Positions 37,701 through 49,291 of a stretch of DNA of 64,000 bases are shown piece by piece. Position numbers and translations under genes: made by a program. Below the pieces are notes generated by a model. It was not told where the DNA came from. It saw only the letters and a program-made list of their open reading frames with translations, and did not search any database. The stretch lies in the NCBI GenBank assembly GCA_000004985.1, contig GG738852.1. One strand, given 5' to 3'. The stretch's first letter is position 1. Each line of letters begins with the position of its first letter. This stretch comes from Naegleria gruberi (taxonomy: Eukaryota).

Positions 37701-40700
37701 GAAGTTGAACCAAAGAGAGAAAAGGCAAGAGGTGCCGAAGCACAATGGGCTATTGCTAGACAAAAGGCCGATGAATCCCAAAGAAAATTGGCTGAAGTCA
37801 TGAGACAACTTCAAGAATTGGAAGATGCAAACAATAGAGCATTGAAAGAAAAGGAAGAATTAGAAACCATGATTGATATTTGTGAAAAGAAACTTGAAAG
37901 AGCTTCCAAATTGCTTAACGGACTTTCAGATGAAAAAGTCAGATGGCAAGAAATGCTTGAAACTTACGAAAGACAGCAGTCCGATATGCTTGGTAACATG
38001 ATTGTCAATGCTGGTACTGTTGCTTACTTGGGTGCTTTCACCAAACCATTCAGAGAACGTTTGATAGCTGAATGGCGTAATGAACTTTCAAGACATGTCA
38101 TTCCTTACACTGAAAATACTGATGTCTATACATCATTGGGTGATCCTATTACCATTAGAATTTGGAATCAATTTGGTTTACCATCAGACAATCTCTCTAT
38201 TGAAAATGCTATCATTATGAACAATTCTAGAAGATGGCCTCTCATGATTGACCCTCAATTACAAGCATCACAATGGATTAAGAATATGGAGAAAGACAAG
38301 AGCTTAAAGGTACTAAGTGCTACAAAGAAGGACTATATGGGAGAATTGATTAGAGCAGTTCAATTCGGTAATCCAGTATTGATTGAAAATATTGGTGAAG
38401 ATTTAGATCCAGCACTTGAACCAATCTTGCTCAAACAAACCTTTGTTCAAAATGGTTCTAACTATATCAAGATTGGTGAAGAGTCTGTTCCATATAGTAA
38501 TGATTTCAGATTGTATTTGTGCACAAAGTTCAGAAATCCAAGATATACACCAGAAACCTGTGTTAAGGTTACATTGTTGAACTTTTTCATTACGCCACTT
38601 GGTTTGGAAGATCAATTATTGGCAGAAGTTGTTAAAATGGAAAAGCCTGAATTACAAAGACTTAAGAATGACTTGATGCAAAAGAACTCCAAGATGAGAA
38701 AAGATTTGAAAGAACTTCAAGCTAACATTCTTAGAATGCTTTCTGAAAATACTGGTGACATTCTTGAAAATGAAAAACTTATTAATGCTTTGGGCGAATC
38801 AAAGGTTGCCAGTAAGGACATTCAAGAAAAGGTCGAAGAAGCAGAAACAACAGAAAGAGAAATCGACGTTACTCGTAACAAGTATAGACCTGTTGCAGAA
38901 AGAGGTTCATTGCTCTTCTTCTGTGCTTCAGATATGACAAATGTTGATCCTATGTATCAATATTCTTTGCAATGGTTCATTCATCTTTACAAATCTGTTA
39001 TTGAAACAAGTGAGCAAAATGATGACTTGGAAATTCGTATGAAGACTCTTATTTATAATCACACATTATCATTGTATAACAACGTTTGTCAATCCTTGTT
39101 TGAAAAGGACAAATTACTCTTCTCCTTTGTACTTTGTATTAGAATTATGCAAGGAAGAAATGAAATTGACGAACATGAATGGAGACATTTCCTCACTGGC
39201 GGTATTAAGACAGAAGAAGATGAAAAACAAATTGCTAGAAAGCCACAATCTAGTACATGGTTAACTGATAATTGCTGGAGTGAAATTGTATTGCTTAACA
39301 AGTTACCAACATTTAAGGGATTCTTAGATTCATTCATTCAACATGCTGGAGACTTTAAGACATTCTTTGAAGATCCAAAGCCAAATATTTTACCAATTCC
39401 AGGTGGATGGGATCCTAAACTCACCGAATTCCAAAAGATTATGGCACTTAAGGTCATTAGACCTGACAAGGTTATAGAAAGTATTCAAACCTTTGTCGAA
39501 GCCAAGTTAGATAAGAATTTCATTACACCACCTCGTTTCGATTTGAGTCGTTCATTCAAGGATTCAAATTGTGTAACTCCACTCATTTTCATCTTATCTC
39601 AAGGTGCTGATCCTAAATCAGAACTCAACAAGTTTGCTGAGCAAATGAGAGTTAGGCAATTGCTTAGTGTTTCTTTGGGTAGTGGTACTGAAAATGCAGC
39701 TAAACAAGCTGTTAAGGATGCTTTACAAAATGGAAGTTGGGTTATTCTTCAAAATTGTCACTTGGCTCTTGGTTTCATGCCAATGCTTGAACAAATTGTA
39801 GAAGGATTCTCTCTTGAACAAAATCATGCCGACTTTAGATTGTGGTTAACAAGTATGCCAACTCCTAAATTCCCTACATCTGTTCTTCAAAATTCTGTAA
39901 AGATGACATTAGAACCTCCAAAAGGTTTGTCAACCAACTTGAAAGGCTCATTCGATAACTATGATGATACATTTATGGAACATTCATCCAAGCCAGTTGA
40001 ATTTAAGAAACTCTTATTCAGTTTAACATTCTTCCATGCAGTTATTCAAGAACGTAGAAAGTTTGGTCCACTTGGTTGGAACATTTTCTATGAATTCACT
40101 GCAGGTGACTTGGATGTTTGTATTAAGCAATTGAGAATTTTCCTTGAAAAGTATGAAGAAATTCCTTACAAGGTTATCAAATTCTTAACAGGCCAAATTA
40201 ACTATGGTGGTCGTGTAACTGATGACTGGGATAGAAGAAACCTCATGACAATGATTGAAGATTATATCACTCCTAATACTCTTAGGGATGATTATAAATT
40301 CTCTCCAAACTTGGATGAATACGTATCTATCAAGGCAGGTGATTCCAATGAATATAAGGAATATTTGGAATCTTTACCTAATGTTGCTCACCCAGAAATA
40401 TTCGGTTTGCATGAAAATGCTGAAATTACATATAATACCGCTGAATTGTCCAATATTACTGATACAATTGTTGCATTGGAAGGAAGTGGAGGTAAAGCAT
40501 CTGATGATAAGGATATTGTTGTTGGAAATATTGCCAATGATATCCTTGGTAAGCTTCCTCAAGCATATGACCAAGAATTGGTTGGTAAGAAATATCAAAC
40601 TGATTATAATGAAAGCATGAATACTGTCATTACACAAGAAGTAACAAGATATAACAAACTCTTGAAAGAAGTTAGATCCTCATTAGAAAATATTCTCAAA

Positions 40701-41372
40701 GCATTGAAGGGTCAAGTAGTTATGTCTGCACAACTTGAAAGCATTGCCAACTCTTTGTATAATAACTATGTTCCTGATGTTTGGGGCAAAGCTTATCCTT
40801 CTATCATGCCTTTGTCTGAATGGGTTCTTGATTTCCTTAGACGTCTTGAATTTATTAGAGATTGGATTGATAACGGAATTCCAAATGTATTTTGGATCAA
40901 TGGATTCTTCTTCCCTCAAGGTTTCTTGACTGGTCAATTACAAAATTATGCCAGAAAACATCAAGTTGCTATTGATCAAGTTTCCTTCACTTTCAAGATT
41001 TTGAATAAGGCAGAAGAAGAACAAGCCAAGACAAAGAAACCAGAAGATGGTTGCTACCTCAAAGGTCTCTATATGGAAGGTGCCAGATGGGACAGAGAAA
41101 ATGAATGTGTTACTGAATCTAATCCAAAGGAATTATACTCTGAAATGCCAATTATTTGGTTCAAACCAGTGGCAAACAAGCAACCTGCAAAGGGATGTTA
41201 TGAATGTCCTGTTTACAAGACTTTGAGAAGAGCAGGTACTTTGAGTACAACTGGTCACTCTACCAACTATATTCTTGCAATGGATTTACCATCAAAGATG
41301 CCTCCAGAACATTGGATTAAGAGAGGTGTTGCCTTGATTTGTGCCCTCAAATACGTTACATCAGAATTGTAA
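28713..41372 (+). CDS. Axonemal dynein heavy chain, single-headed inner-arm type (~4,190 aa); 3 exons (28713..28877, 28928..29016, 29069..41372)
   Basis: The 12.3-kb ORF 29052..41372 lacks an ATG at its 5' end. Upstream lies 'ATGTCATTGAACGGAAAG...TTGAAAACT' with a gtaagt donor at 28878. The acceptor ...tatttaag ends at 28927. An 89-nt exon follows ('EAPQKSFEPKVYVPYKHSPGAIPRQVIVE' + AG), with a gttagt donor at 29017. The acceptor ttttattag ends at 29068, and phase joins to '...RLRRQYEQQDIEELL'. All motor motifs are present: AAA1 '[30 protein letters not shown]...WGCFDEFNRI', AAA2 'GNTGGGKT', AAA3 'GPTGTGKSQ', AAA4 'GVGGSGRQS'. A coiled-coil stalk and a C-terminal domain follow. The 'TVKDLAKAL' context and the ~4.1-4.2k aa length match single-headed inner-arm axonemal dyneins. 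Cytoplasmic dynein-1 is ~4.6k aa. Confidence 0.88.
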
Positions 41373-41410
41373 ATAAATTGTATTATTTAATTATTTGAAT
41401 GTTATTTATT

Positions 41411-41821
41411 CTATTCGTTTGAATCCAAATATAATTTACAGAGAGCTGCCAAAATCCAATCTGCAGATTCTTTCTTTTGAATTACTCTTTTGCTTACACG
41501 TTTTTCCAAATATTCCTCTTGCTTCTTGAGAGTTTCATCCATTCGGGTACTCAATTCTTTCATTCTCTGCTCTATCTCGTCACAAAAATCAGGATTTAAT
41601 TGAATGGATTGAAGCGAATGAGTAGAATCTTCATTGGTTGCATCTTTAAGTATTATTTTGTTAGGGAAATATCTTGTATCTGTGGTCAATTTTCTCTTTT
41701 TTGATGAAGGACTATTCACATGTTCGGAAAGAAGATAATTATTAAGGAGAACTAGATGATCCAAATCAGAGTTGGATTTACCGTCTTTCATACAATTGTT
41801 GGTTCTTCTCTTTGTATTCAT
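41411..41821 (-). CDS. Hypothetical small protein (136 aa) with an NLS-like 'SSKKRKL' and an acidic/coiled-coil C-terminus
   Basis: A minus-strand ORF. Its stop lies only ~38 bp from the dynein stop (convergent). No family recognised. Confidence 0.3.
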   Translation of the reverse strand: MNTKRRTNNCMKDGKSNSDLDHLVLLNNYLLSEHVNSPSSKKRKLTTDTRYFPNKIILKDATNEDSTHSLQSIQLNPDFCDEIEQRMKELSTRMDETLKKQEEYLEKRVSKRVIQKKESADWILAALCKLYLDSNE

Positions 41822-42142
41822 ATTGATTATTTTGTTAATTGAATGATATTGACAACATCATTCACTGATTGTTTAAATAATTAACAAGCCATGATGGATA
41901 CATCCTGTGGGTTTGATGCAATTGCTGTGGTGAATAACGATACATGATGTGAAGCCAATTTTCTTGTCGCTCTGAAAAGGTACACTACAATATTTTTCTA
42001 GCTACTTTCTTATTAAACGACTTGAGGGAAGTGCTTATTTTCAACAACAAATGAGCCGTACTGTTGTCGTTTAGTGGGATGAAATATTGTGGTGCTTAAT
42101 ATTCCTTACCAAGTAAGTCAAATTGATAGTAGTTATTTATTT

Positions 42143-44404
42143 TCACAGATTATTATTTGCCCAAAATTCCTCTAAATCCTTTAGCCTTTGTAATTCTCCT
42201 TGTGGTAACGATTGATGAGATTCAACAGACCCAATCCTAAATACCTTTTCAATAAAAGTTCTATCAGATGCATATTGATAAAACTCTAACCATTTTTCAT
42301 TTTCTTGTAAAAGAGCTAATTGCTTATCACCAATAATTTGACCAAACACTGTCAGATATCCTGAAATGGCTAGACTAAATCTTTGTTCTCTTTGAAGTTG
42401 TTGATTCAAGTCGTGTGCTTTCAGAATTTTATCTACAATATTGTACTTTGTAAAGAGTGCCTCGAAGAATGGTTCAATATTTTGTTCTAAAATATCTAGT
42501 AAGAGTCTTGTTATCATTTGATGTAATAAACTGCTTTGATATTGGAACAATAATCTTATTAATTCTTCCAAAATGTCACAATTTAAAATAATCTGTGATA
42601 AACTTCTCTCATTCGTAGAATAAATATTATCTAAACTTTCTAAATGTTTAAAAAGAATAACAAAAAGTTCAATAATTTTCAATCTGTAAATACCCAAAGG
42701 AGGGAATGAAATTAATGGATTAAAATTAAGACATTCAATAGCTCTATCTACACTTAGTAATTGACCTCTCTTTTTATCAATTAACATTGATTGAAGAGGA
42801 TGATACTGTTCTACATAGATTATTGTTGGATCTTTCTTTAAAATTTCTCTAGCACTTTCATCATTGAGTAATTTAACAAAAACTTGAATCTTTTCAATAA
42901 CCAATATCAAAACCATCTTCCAATCAATATTTGATATTGAATCTTCCAAAATGAATAAACGTTGTGAATTATTAGAAATGTATAAAATCAAATTCATAAT
43001 AAAATTCATATTATCTACAAAACTTGGTGAATTTGATGTAATTTTTAAAGTATTCTCTATAATTAACTCCATTTGTTTTCTATTTAAAATATATTGTACA
43101 ATTGTTGGTGGTTTTTTAGTTGTTGGTTTTCTATATTGAATTATTGTTGTTAATATAAATGTTACGCTTCTACTATAATTTTGTTCACATTGTAATGAAC
43201 ATAATTGTTGAATTATCATTTGTTTCAATTTTAGAACTTGATTATTCTTGTGAATTTGACTTTCATCAGTTTGATTTAAAATTTGTAAAAATGAATCTTG
43301 AATTATATTTCCAGATGGAATTATTGAGAATGAATTTTCAATTTCTTCATCTTCATATAATAAACACATTAATAACAATTCACTAATCTCATCAGATGAA
43401 TCAATATGTTTTAACATTTGCAATATATGACTCGATGCTACCATTGTTGTTGTTGTTGATCCAACAGCAGTACTGCCACCACTACTACCATTCACAGTAG
43501 CAGTAGCACTACTACTAGTACCACTGCTAGTACCATTGGTGCTGCTATTGTTACTACTACTATTACTACTGCTGTTACTACTAGTACTAGTACCATTAGA
43601 TGATGAAATAGAAGTAGTACTTGTTGTAAAAGTTAATGATGATAATGAATTTTCTTGATAAATATAATCCATAACTAGATGTGTTAGATGAGGTATTTTC
43701 ATCATTGCAATGATAACTCTAACAAAACATTTAACTTGAAATGAATTGAGAGGTTTAGTTTGATAAATGAATGAAAATAATTTTCTCCTAATAACTTCAC
43801 CATTTAAATTACTTTTAAAAGTTGAACGAGGAGAAGTTGAATGGTTGGATGTCAAGTCATTATTAGAATTACTTTTTAATTGATTATTGTTGTTATTATT
43901 ATTATTATTACTAGTTGCACTACTTAAAGGTGAAGTTGAATTATTTAAATTATTATTAGATGATTGTAAATTATTATTTATCATGATTAAAGGTAATATA
44001 TGATATTGTCCAATAGTTGATATTAAAATTTCCGTCGCAATAAAAGGATATTTAAAATTCAATTTTTGTAACAAGTAATCCCTTTGATCTCCAATTAATG
44101 ATTGATTATTTGATATTTGATTTTCCAATCCATTTGTTGTTTGAGATGATTCACTTATCGTATCAACTTGTTCACCTCTCAAATATTCTTCTTTCTGTTT
44201 TTCGTACAGCAATAATTCATCATCAGTAGCAGTTGTAGAAGAAGAAGAAGAAGAAACACCTCCAATTCCCATTGGTATCGAAGATGATGATTCTTGTAAT
44301 TGATTTAATTTATATTCCAAATAGGCTGGTATTTCATCATGAAATGTTATAACATAATCTATTAATTTAGATATAATCTCTTCTTGTGTCAAACTATTCA
44401 TCAT
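42143..44404 (-). CDS. SAPS-domain-like protein (SIT4/PP6 phosphatase regulatory subunit-like) with long Ser/Thr/Asn low-complexity inserts
   Basis: A single 753-aa ORF. The N-terminal region ('EEIISKLIDYVITFHDEIPAYLEYKLNQ...LNFKYPFIATEILISTIGQ', 'ISELLLMCLLYEDEEIENS') recalls the SAPS N-terminal block ('...RYKYPNISCELLTSDV...'). The rest is an alpha-helical repeat. Identification is from memory and tentative. Confidence 0.45.
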   Translation of the reverse strand: MMNSLTQEEIISKLIDYVITFHDEIPAYLEYKLNQLQESSSSIPMGIGGVSSSSSSTTATDDELLLYEKQKEEYLRGEQVDTISESSQTTNGLENQISNNQSLIGDQRDYLLQKLNFKYPFIATEILISTIGQYHILPLIMINNNLQSSNNNLNNSTSPLSSATSNNNNNNNNNQLKSNSNNDLTSNHSTSPRSTFKSNLNGEVIRRKLFSFIYQTKPLNSFQVKCFVRVIIAMMKIPHLTHLVMDYIYQENSLSSLTFTTSTTSISSSNGTSTSSNSSSNSSSNNSSTNGTSSGTSSSATATVNGSSGGSTAVGSTTTTMVASSHILQMLKHIDSSDEISELLLMCLLYEDEEIENSFSIIPSGNIIQDSFLQILNQTDESQIHKNNQVLKLKQMIIQQLCSLQCEQNYSRSVTFILTTIIQYRKPTTKKPPTIVQYILNRKQMELIIENTLKITSNSPSFVDNMNFIMNLILYISNNSQRLFILEDSISNIDWKMVLILVIEKIQVFVKLLNDESAREILKKDPTIIYVEQYHPLQSMLIDKKRGQLLSVDRAIECLNFNPLISFPPLGIYRLKIIELFVILFKHLESLDNIYSTNERSLSQIILNCDILEELIRLLFQYQSSLLHQMITRLLLDILEQNIEPFFEALFTKYNIVDKILKAHDLNQQLQREQRFSLAISGYLTVFGQIIGDKQLALLQENEKWLEFYQYASDRTFIEKVFRIGSVESHQSLPQGELQRLKDLEEFWANNNL

Positions 44405-44503
44405 TTAAATGTTTTTGTAATGTTATTAAATATATTACATTAAATATATTGTTATTGTTGTATAAAAAATTCAAAGTTTAGGCTTGTTTTAAAAAACAAC
44501 AAC

Positions 44504-44818
44504 CTACAATTCAATTAAATTCAAATCTTCAGCCTCCCTACACATCACCTCAATTCCCTCCAAATCAAAAACATCTTCCAAATTTAATTTTGCATAGTCG
44601 ATGGAATTTCCACCATTGGAATTTGAAGAGTCCTGCGATTCATCATCAGCGCCACCGCCATTATCGTAAATTTTTTTAGAAATTATGGAGGGAGAATTTG
44701 TTCGGTTGGGTTTGTTTTTTGATGATGAAGAAGAGGTGGAAATGTTGGATGGTGTGATGGTATCATCTCCTTCTTCATTCCTTCGCACACTTTTGAATAG
44801 TTTGGACCAAAAGCGCAT
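44504..44818 (-). CDS. Hypothetical small acidic Ser-rich protein (104 aa)
   Basis: A minus-strand ORF with an acidic C-terminus ('LNLEDVFDLEGIEVMCREAEDLNLIEL'). It could instead be a 5' exon of the downstream 42143-44404 gene, but I found no convincing splice sites. Confidence 0.3.
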   Translation of the reverse strand: MRFWSKLFKSVRRNEEGDDTITPSNISTSSSSSKNKPNRTNSPSIISKKIYDNGGGADDESQDSSNSNGGNSIDYAKLNLEDVFDLEGIEVMCREAEDLNLIEL

Positions 44819-45192
44819 TTTTTTTTAAATTGTTTGACAAGTGAAAGGGCAAATCAGTGATGGTGAAAATGTTTGGAAATGATGGATTTCAACACGTTTT
44901 TTTTTATGATAATAACTTTGTGTGGCTGTGTGCAGTTAGTGTTGTACTTGACTGGACTTTCCATTGGAAGGTATTGATGACATATTTCAAGTTTCGAATA
45001 ATAATTAAAAACTAAAGTAACTGTAGTATGTGGACCGAATAATGAGCTGTGATTCGTTGACAATAAGATGGCCCCAAAATAGTCAAATTAACTGTTTGAA
45101 AAAACACTTCTTTTTTGGTTTGGTTAAATTAAACTTCAATTCTTTTTTCTTCTCTTATTCGACATGAAACTAGTTTGTTAAAAAAGAAATAT

Positions 45193-46595
45193 CTAAACAA
45201 TAATATTATCAATACAAGTAGTGGTGAGAGGTGAAATTATCAAATTCAAATCATAGACAAACACTTGACCATCCAAACATTGAATAAATATTCTATCCAA
45301 TACCTCATCATAGGTTGTTCCAATGATACATTGATTTTGTGTTTGAGCAGATGGCAGACAAGTAATTGGTATGAGTGAATAGCAATGTTCATTTAGAGGT
45401 GGTGGTGCTATGATTGTTGATGAATTTTCACTTGTTGAGTTCACTTCTGTTTTCACTTCTCCTGAATGAATTGAGTGAACCAATCTGAATAGTATAACCT
45501 TATTATCATTCTGTTTAGCAATGAGTACAAGATTATATTTTGGAATGACTCTACAAACTGAAACTCTATCCAATGATTCATAAATATATTGAGGTATGTG
45601 TGAGAGACCTCTGAATGGTTTGTAAAATATTTTAAATAGAACTGTATCGAGAGTATCATTAAGCAAATAAATATAATTCTGTGTTCCAATAATGAAAATA
45701 TCAGAGCATGTTTCACTTGTTTTTTGAATGTGTTCATTGGAGCTCATTTCAAAGCTAGTTGAATCGGATGTAGAAGTAGTAGTTGAAGTATTAGTAGTAG
45801 AAGTAGATTTGATGGAATTAAATGTTTTGCATTGACATGTTCTCCCATCCAACACCATTCATCAAAATCATGTGAATATAAAATCTTTCTCTCCTCAACA
45901 TCCCAAACTTTACAACTCTGATCAATACTACATGATAACAATCTACTTGTAGAATATAAATTCAAATGAGGTAAATTATGTTTGTGTCCAATTAATGTAA
46001 ATGGTTCTTTTTGATCAAAATTAGGTAAATGAATCTTAATCACATGAGAATTATCACCCAAAACCCAAACACCCCCAAAATAAGAAATTGACCATGTTGA
46101 TTCATTTCTATTTTGATATAAATTAATTAATTTTAATCCCAATTTCTCCAATCTTACCAAACTATTCGAAGAATTAGACTGTTCTGTTATTAAATTTCCT
46201 TCACTCTCTTCAATAATTGAAGTTTTAATTAACATTCTTGTCATTCCCTTCTCTCCAACAATGAAAATCTTATCATGATCCGATTTAGTCATGTAATTAA
46301 TTTCCGATTCCAATTTATGAGTCATTAAATGTTTATATGATACATTCTCCCTAGCTGAATTAATATTTCCAACTTGTATTTGATAGATTATTAAATGTTT
46401 TTTACAACCAACAATCAAGTAGGGATAAAAGGCTTCGACACAATTTAATTTATATAAATTTAATTCATAATCAGAGGTTGTTAAATCAGTCATTAATCTA
46501 ACAGTGGTCGTATCAAATGATGGTAATGCCATCCTCCCATTCAATAATGATGAGGAATTAAGCCCATTATGATGCTGATGAGGTTGTGTGGACAT
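45193..46595 (-). CDS. WD40-repeat protein. ORFs 45744..46595 and 45193..45858 overlap in different frames, so there is a frame disruption or a cryptic intron near 45830-45860
   Basis: The upstream ORF has a clear WD repeat ('IGHKHNLPHLNLYSTSRLLSCSIDQSCKVWDVEERKILYSHDF'). The downstream ORF continues the beta-propeller-like sequence ('IFIIGTQNYIYLLNDT...', 'QCLDGQVFVYDLNLI') after a Ser/Thr-rich tract. The two frames are offset by +1 around 'DEWCWMGEHVNAK / MVLDGRTCQCK'. Confidence 0.5.
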
Positions 46596-46752
46596 TTTTC
46601 AATTTTTTCAATTTTTAAAAAAAAAATAAATAAAAAATATTCGTGATGATGATCGGAATGGAAAATGATGAATTGGTTGTTGTGATTCAAAATAGATAAA
46701 GTTCAATTCTAGTTCAAAAATTTGGATCTAACTTAATAAAAGAACAATCATA

Positions 46753-48597
46753 ATGAACTGTCTTTGCAATTTGAAAAAACATTTTTCCTTTAGACTGCTG
46801 TCAACAATCAACTTGTCAAAAAAAAATATCAAAATGCCTTCTGTTAAATTTCTTCTCGATCACCCAAAGTTTAGAAAAAGTGGATGGTTATACAAACAAG
46901 GAGGATCCTATCGTTCAGTTAAAAAACGTTTTGTTGTCCTCCTAGCCAATGAATTATTTTACTTTACAAAAGAAGATGATGAAGAACATAAAGGAAGTAT
47001 TGTAATCAGAGGACCTGTTAATAGAAGTTCTCTTTCTGTTGAAGTTAAAGGTTTAAATTTAAAGAATTGTATTGAAATTCCATCAGATAAAAGAACTTAC
47101 TTAATTTGGACTGATTCAGAATATTTAGCAGGAGAATGGACAGATGCATTAAATAATGCTTATAAGGAATTTTCATTAGGTCAATCATCTCATTCATCTA
47201 ATCATCATCATCATCAGGTAGCAGATGATTTATCAGATGGAGGTGATGAATTTTCTGAAGATAATGCTCCATCATTTGATGAAAATAATTCCACTACTAA
47301 AATATCAAGTAAGCAAATGATTGAAAGGAGTATTGATAAGAAGGATAAATTTGAGAATACTAATTATACATTTGAGAATAATTGTTGCGTTCATCCAACT
47401 TTAATTTCAAATATTCACATTGTTGAACCGTTACAAACTTTGAATAGTTCAAATGCATCCATTTCAAGCATTTCTAAATATTTGGTTACTAAAAAGAGAC
47501 AATTTGGAAACAAACTAACACTTGAAAATGCACTAGCACTTTCTAAAACTGGTGATTCTATTGTTTTAAGACCAGGTAAACATTACATTCCATCAACCTT
47601 AATTGTCAATCAATCAATTTATTTAATTGGAGAATCAGACAAACAAAACAAGTGTGAAGTGATCATTTTACAAGATTCCTCAACAACAAGTCAATATTTA
47701 CCATGTATTTGTTTCAATGCTCCATTTACCTATTGTAAAAATATTGATTTTGTTCACTTTTCAGATTTGAATGTGAATAATAATCTCATTAATAATTCTA
47801 CAGATATTTCTGCAACAAGTGCTGGAGTTTCACAATCCAATATTGCAAAAGGTAGAATTGAAGCTTCAGATAGTATTCTCTCGCCAAATGTATGTCAATT
47901 TCTAACTGGTCAGACAGTCATGTTAAATTGTACCTTCCAAGTGATGAGTGTCAGAGATAATGATAATGGTAATGTAGATCCAAATTCTCTATTCGATTGT
48001 TGTTGGGTCACTGGTTCAAAGACATGTGTACAATTTAGGAAGTGTAATTTTTTGGGAGGGAAGAATGGACTCGTCGGTTCTATTAATTCCAATATTTTAG
48101 TGGAAAATAATTGTCAATTTAAAGATCAATTGAATCATTCTATTACTCTATCTCAACATTCTAAATTGGAATGTAAAAATAGTAATTCAATTTATGGAAA
48201 TATTTGTTTACTACATCAATCAAGTGCTGAAATATCCTCAAGTCATATTTATTCTCAATCCATAACTATTCTTGATGATTCATCTTTAAATATGCATCAT
48301 AATACTTTATATTTACAAAATTTGAAATTTATTACATTTAATCATCAACAACAAACACAAAAGAACAAATTAATTCATAATACTTTCAAGATTGAATCTT
48401 CTAATATAGATGCACCATGTAAAATATCAATGTTAAATAATTCATGTCCAATTATTGATGATAATCAATTTGAAACAAAATGTAATGATTTATCTCTTAT
48501 TTACATTTTCCAAAATAAGAATAATATGAAAAATATGTTGATGAATACTTCAACTAGTAATACATCTATTCTGGTAGTCTCTGACTATTTGAATTAA
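46753..48597 (+). CDS. PH-domain protein with a C-terminal Cys-rich parallel beta-helix-like (PbH1-repeat-like) region
   Basis: An N-terminal PH domain is present ('FRKSGWLYKQGGSYRSVKKRFVVLLANELFYFTKEDDEEHKGSIVIRG...WTDALNNAY'). The likely true start is 'MPSVKFLLDHPKF' at ~46834. The C-terminal half has repeated motifs of the '...N..F.......G.....N' type ('NCTFQVMSVRDNDNG', 'FRKCNFLGGKNGLVGSINSNILVENNCQF'). These are typical of right-handed beta-helix repeats. Confidence 0.55.
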   Translation: MNCLCNLKKHFSFRLLSTINLSKKNIKMPSVKFLLDHPKFRKSGWLYKQGGSYRSVKKRFVVLLANELFYFTKEDDEEHKGSIVIRGPVNRSSLSVEVKGLNLKNCIEIPSDKRTYLIWTDSEYLAGEWTDALNNAYKEFSLGQSSHSSNHHHHQVADDLSDGGDEFSEDNAPSFDENNSTTKISSKQMIERSIDKKDKFENTNYTFENNCCVHPTLISNIHIVEPLQTLNSSNASISSISKYLVTKKRQFGNKLTLENALALSKTGDSIVLRPGKHYIPSTLIVNQSIYLIGESDKQNKCEVIILQDSSTTSQYLPCICFNAPFTYCKNIDFVHFSDLNVNNNLINNSTDISATSAGVSQSNIAKGRIEASDSILSPNVCQFLTGQTVMLNCTFQVMSVRDNDNGNVDPNSLFDCCWVTGSKTCVQFRKCNFLGGKNGLVGSINSNILVENNCQFKDQLNHSITLSQHSKLECKNSNSIYGNICLLHQSSAEISSSHIYSQSITILDDSSLNMHHNTLYLQNLKFITFNHQQQTQKNKLIHNTFKIESSNIDAPCKISMLNNSCPIIDDNQFETKCNDLSLIYIFQNKNNMKNMLMNTSTSNTSILVVSDYLN

Positions 48598-49057
48598 ACA
48601 TGGCAAATACTGATCCAATTACTGGAATGTTACTTAAATATGAAATAATAGTTGGAATAAAATTAAAGAATAAAACATAATATCCATATAATTCAAATAA
48701 CGTTCCAATAATGGCATGACCATAAATTACAATTAAAAAACCAATAAAGAAACAAATAGTTCCTTTCAATCTGTTTTTAGATAATATAAAAGAATTAATA
48801 CTAGGTCTAATTCCTATCAATAGTACAATTCCAAATACAAAGGAGATATTTCCAATAGCAATAAAGCCTCTATCAAAGAATAACAAAACTCCCAAAAGAT
48901 TTGCCAAAACACCAATTAATACCAATCCGATACCAATTTTCTGAAAATCAGATAAATTAAATGGATTGATCGAAGTTGTAGTATCGCTATTATAGCTTGA
49001 GCGATTGTTATTATTGTTACCGTTACCACTGTATGAACGGAATGATGAAGAGAACAT
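48566..49057 (-). CDS. GOT1: Golgi transport protein 1 (GOT1/GOLT1) homologue with an N-terminal Asn/Ser-rich extension
   Basis: Four TM helices match the GOT1 pattern: 'FQKIGIGLVLIGVLANLLGVLLFFDRGFIAIGNISFVFGIVLLIG...KGTICFFIGFLIVIYGHAIIGTLFELYGYYVLFFNFIPTIISYLSNIPVIGSVF'. From memory, human GOLT1B reads '[39 protein letters not shown]...IGWPLIGMIFEIYGFFLLFRGFFPVVVGFIRRVPVLGS'. Its 3' end overlaps the PH-domain gene by ~30 bp (convergent). Confidence 0.7.
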   Translation of the reverse strand: MFSSSFRSYSGNGNNNNNRSSYNSDTTTSINPFNLSDFQKIGIGLVLIGVLANLLGVLLFFDRGFIAIGNISFVFGIVLLIGIRPSINSFILSKNRLKGTICFFIGFLIVIYGHAIIGTLFELYGYYVLFFNFIPTIISYLSNIPVIGSVFAMFNSNSQRLPE

Positions 49058-49291
49058 TTTTTTAAAATATTTAATAAAAATTTAAAAAAATTAATGAAAA
49101 CACTGTTTGACGCACAATTGCCACGATTTTATCAGCAATTGTATCAGGTTCTGGATGATGTAATATTCACCTTGTAAATAGAACAAGGTGATTTTTTTGT
49201 TGATCGCCCGTGTTCTTTGTTCGTAGGACCGTGGGTATGTTAAAATTTTCATAGTAGATGTCTGTAGATCAGTAAGTTGTTCTCTATGTAA

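Noticed and set aside
44504-44818. Treating the 104-aa acidic ORF as exon 1 of the SAPS-like gene.
   Set aside because: No GT...AG pair with compatible phase was found in the 99-bp spacer. The downstream ORF starts with its own Met and a conserved-looking N-terminus.
44854-45063. 69-aa minus-strand ORF between the acidic small protein and the WD-repeat gene.
   Set aside because: It is short with no motif and has atypical composition (His-rich tail). It is probably non-coding spacer.
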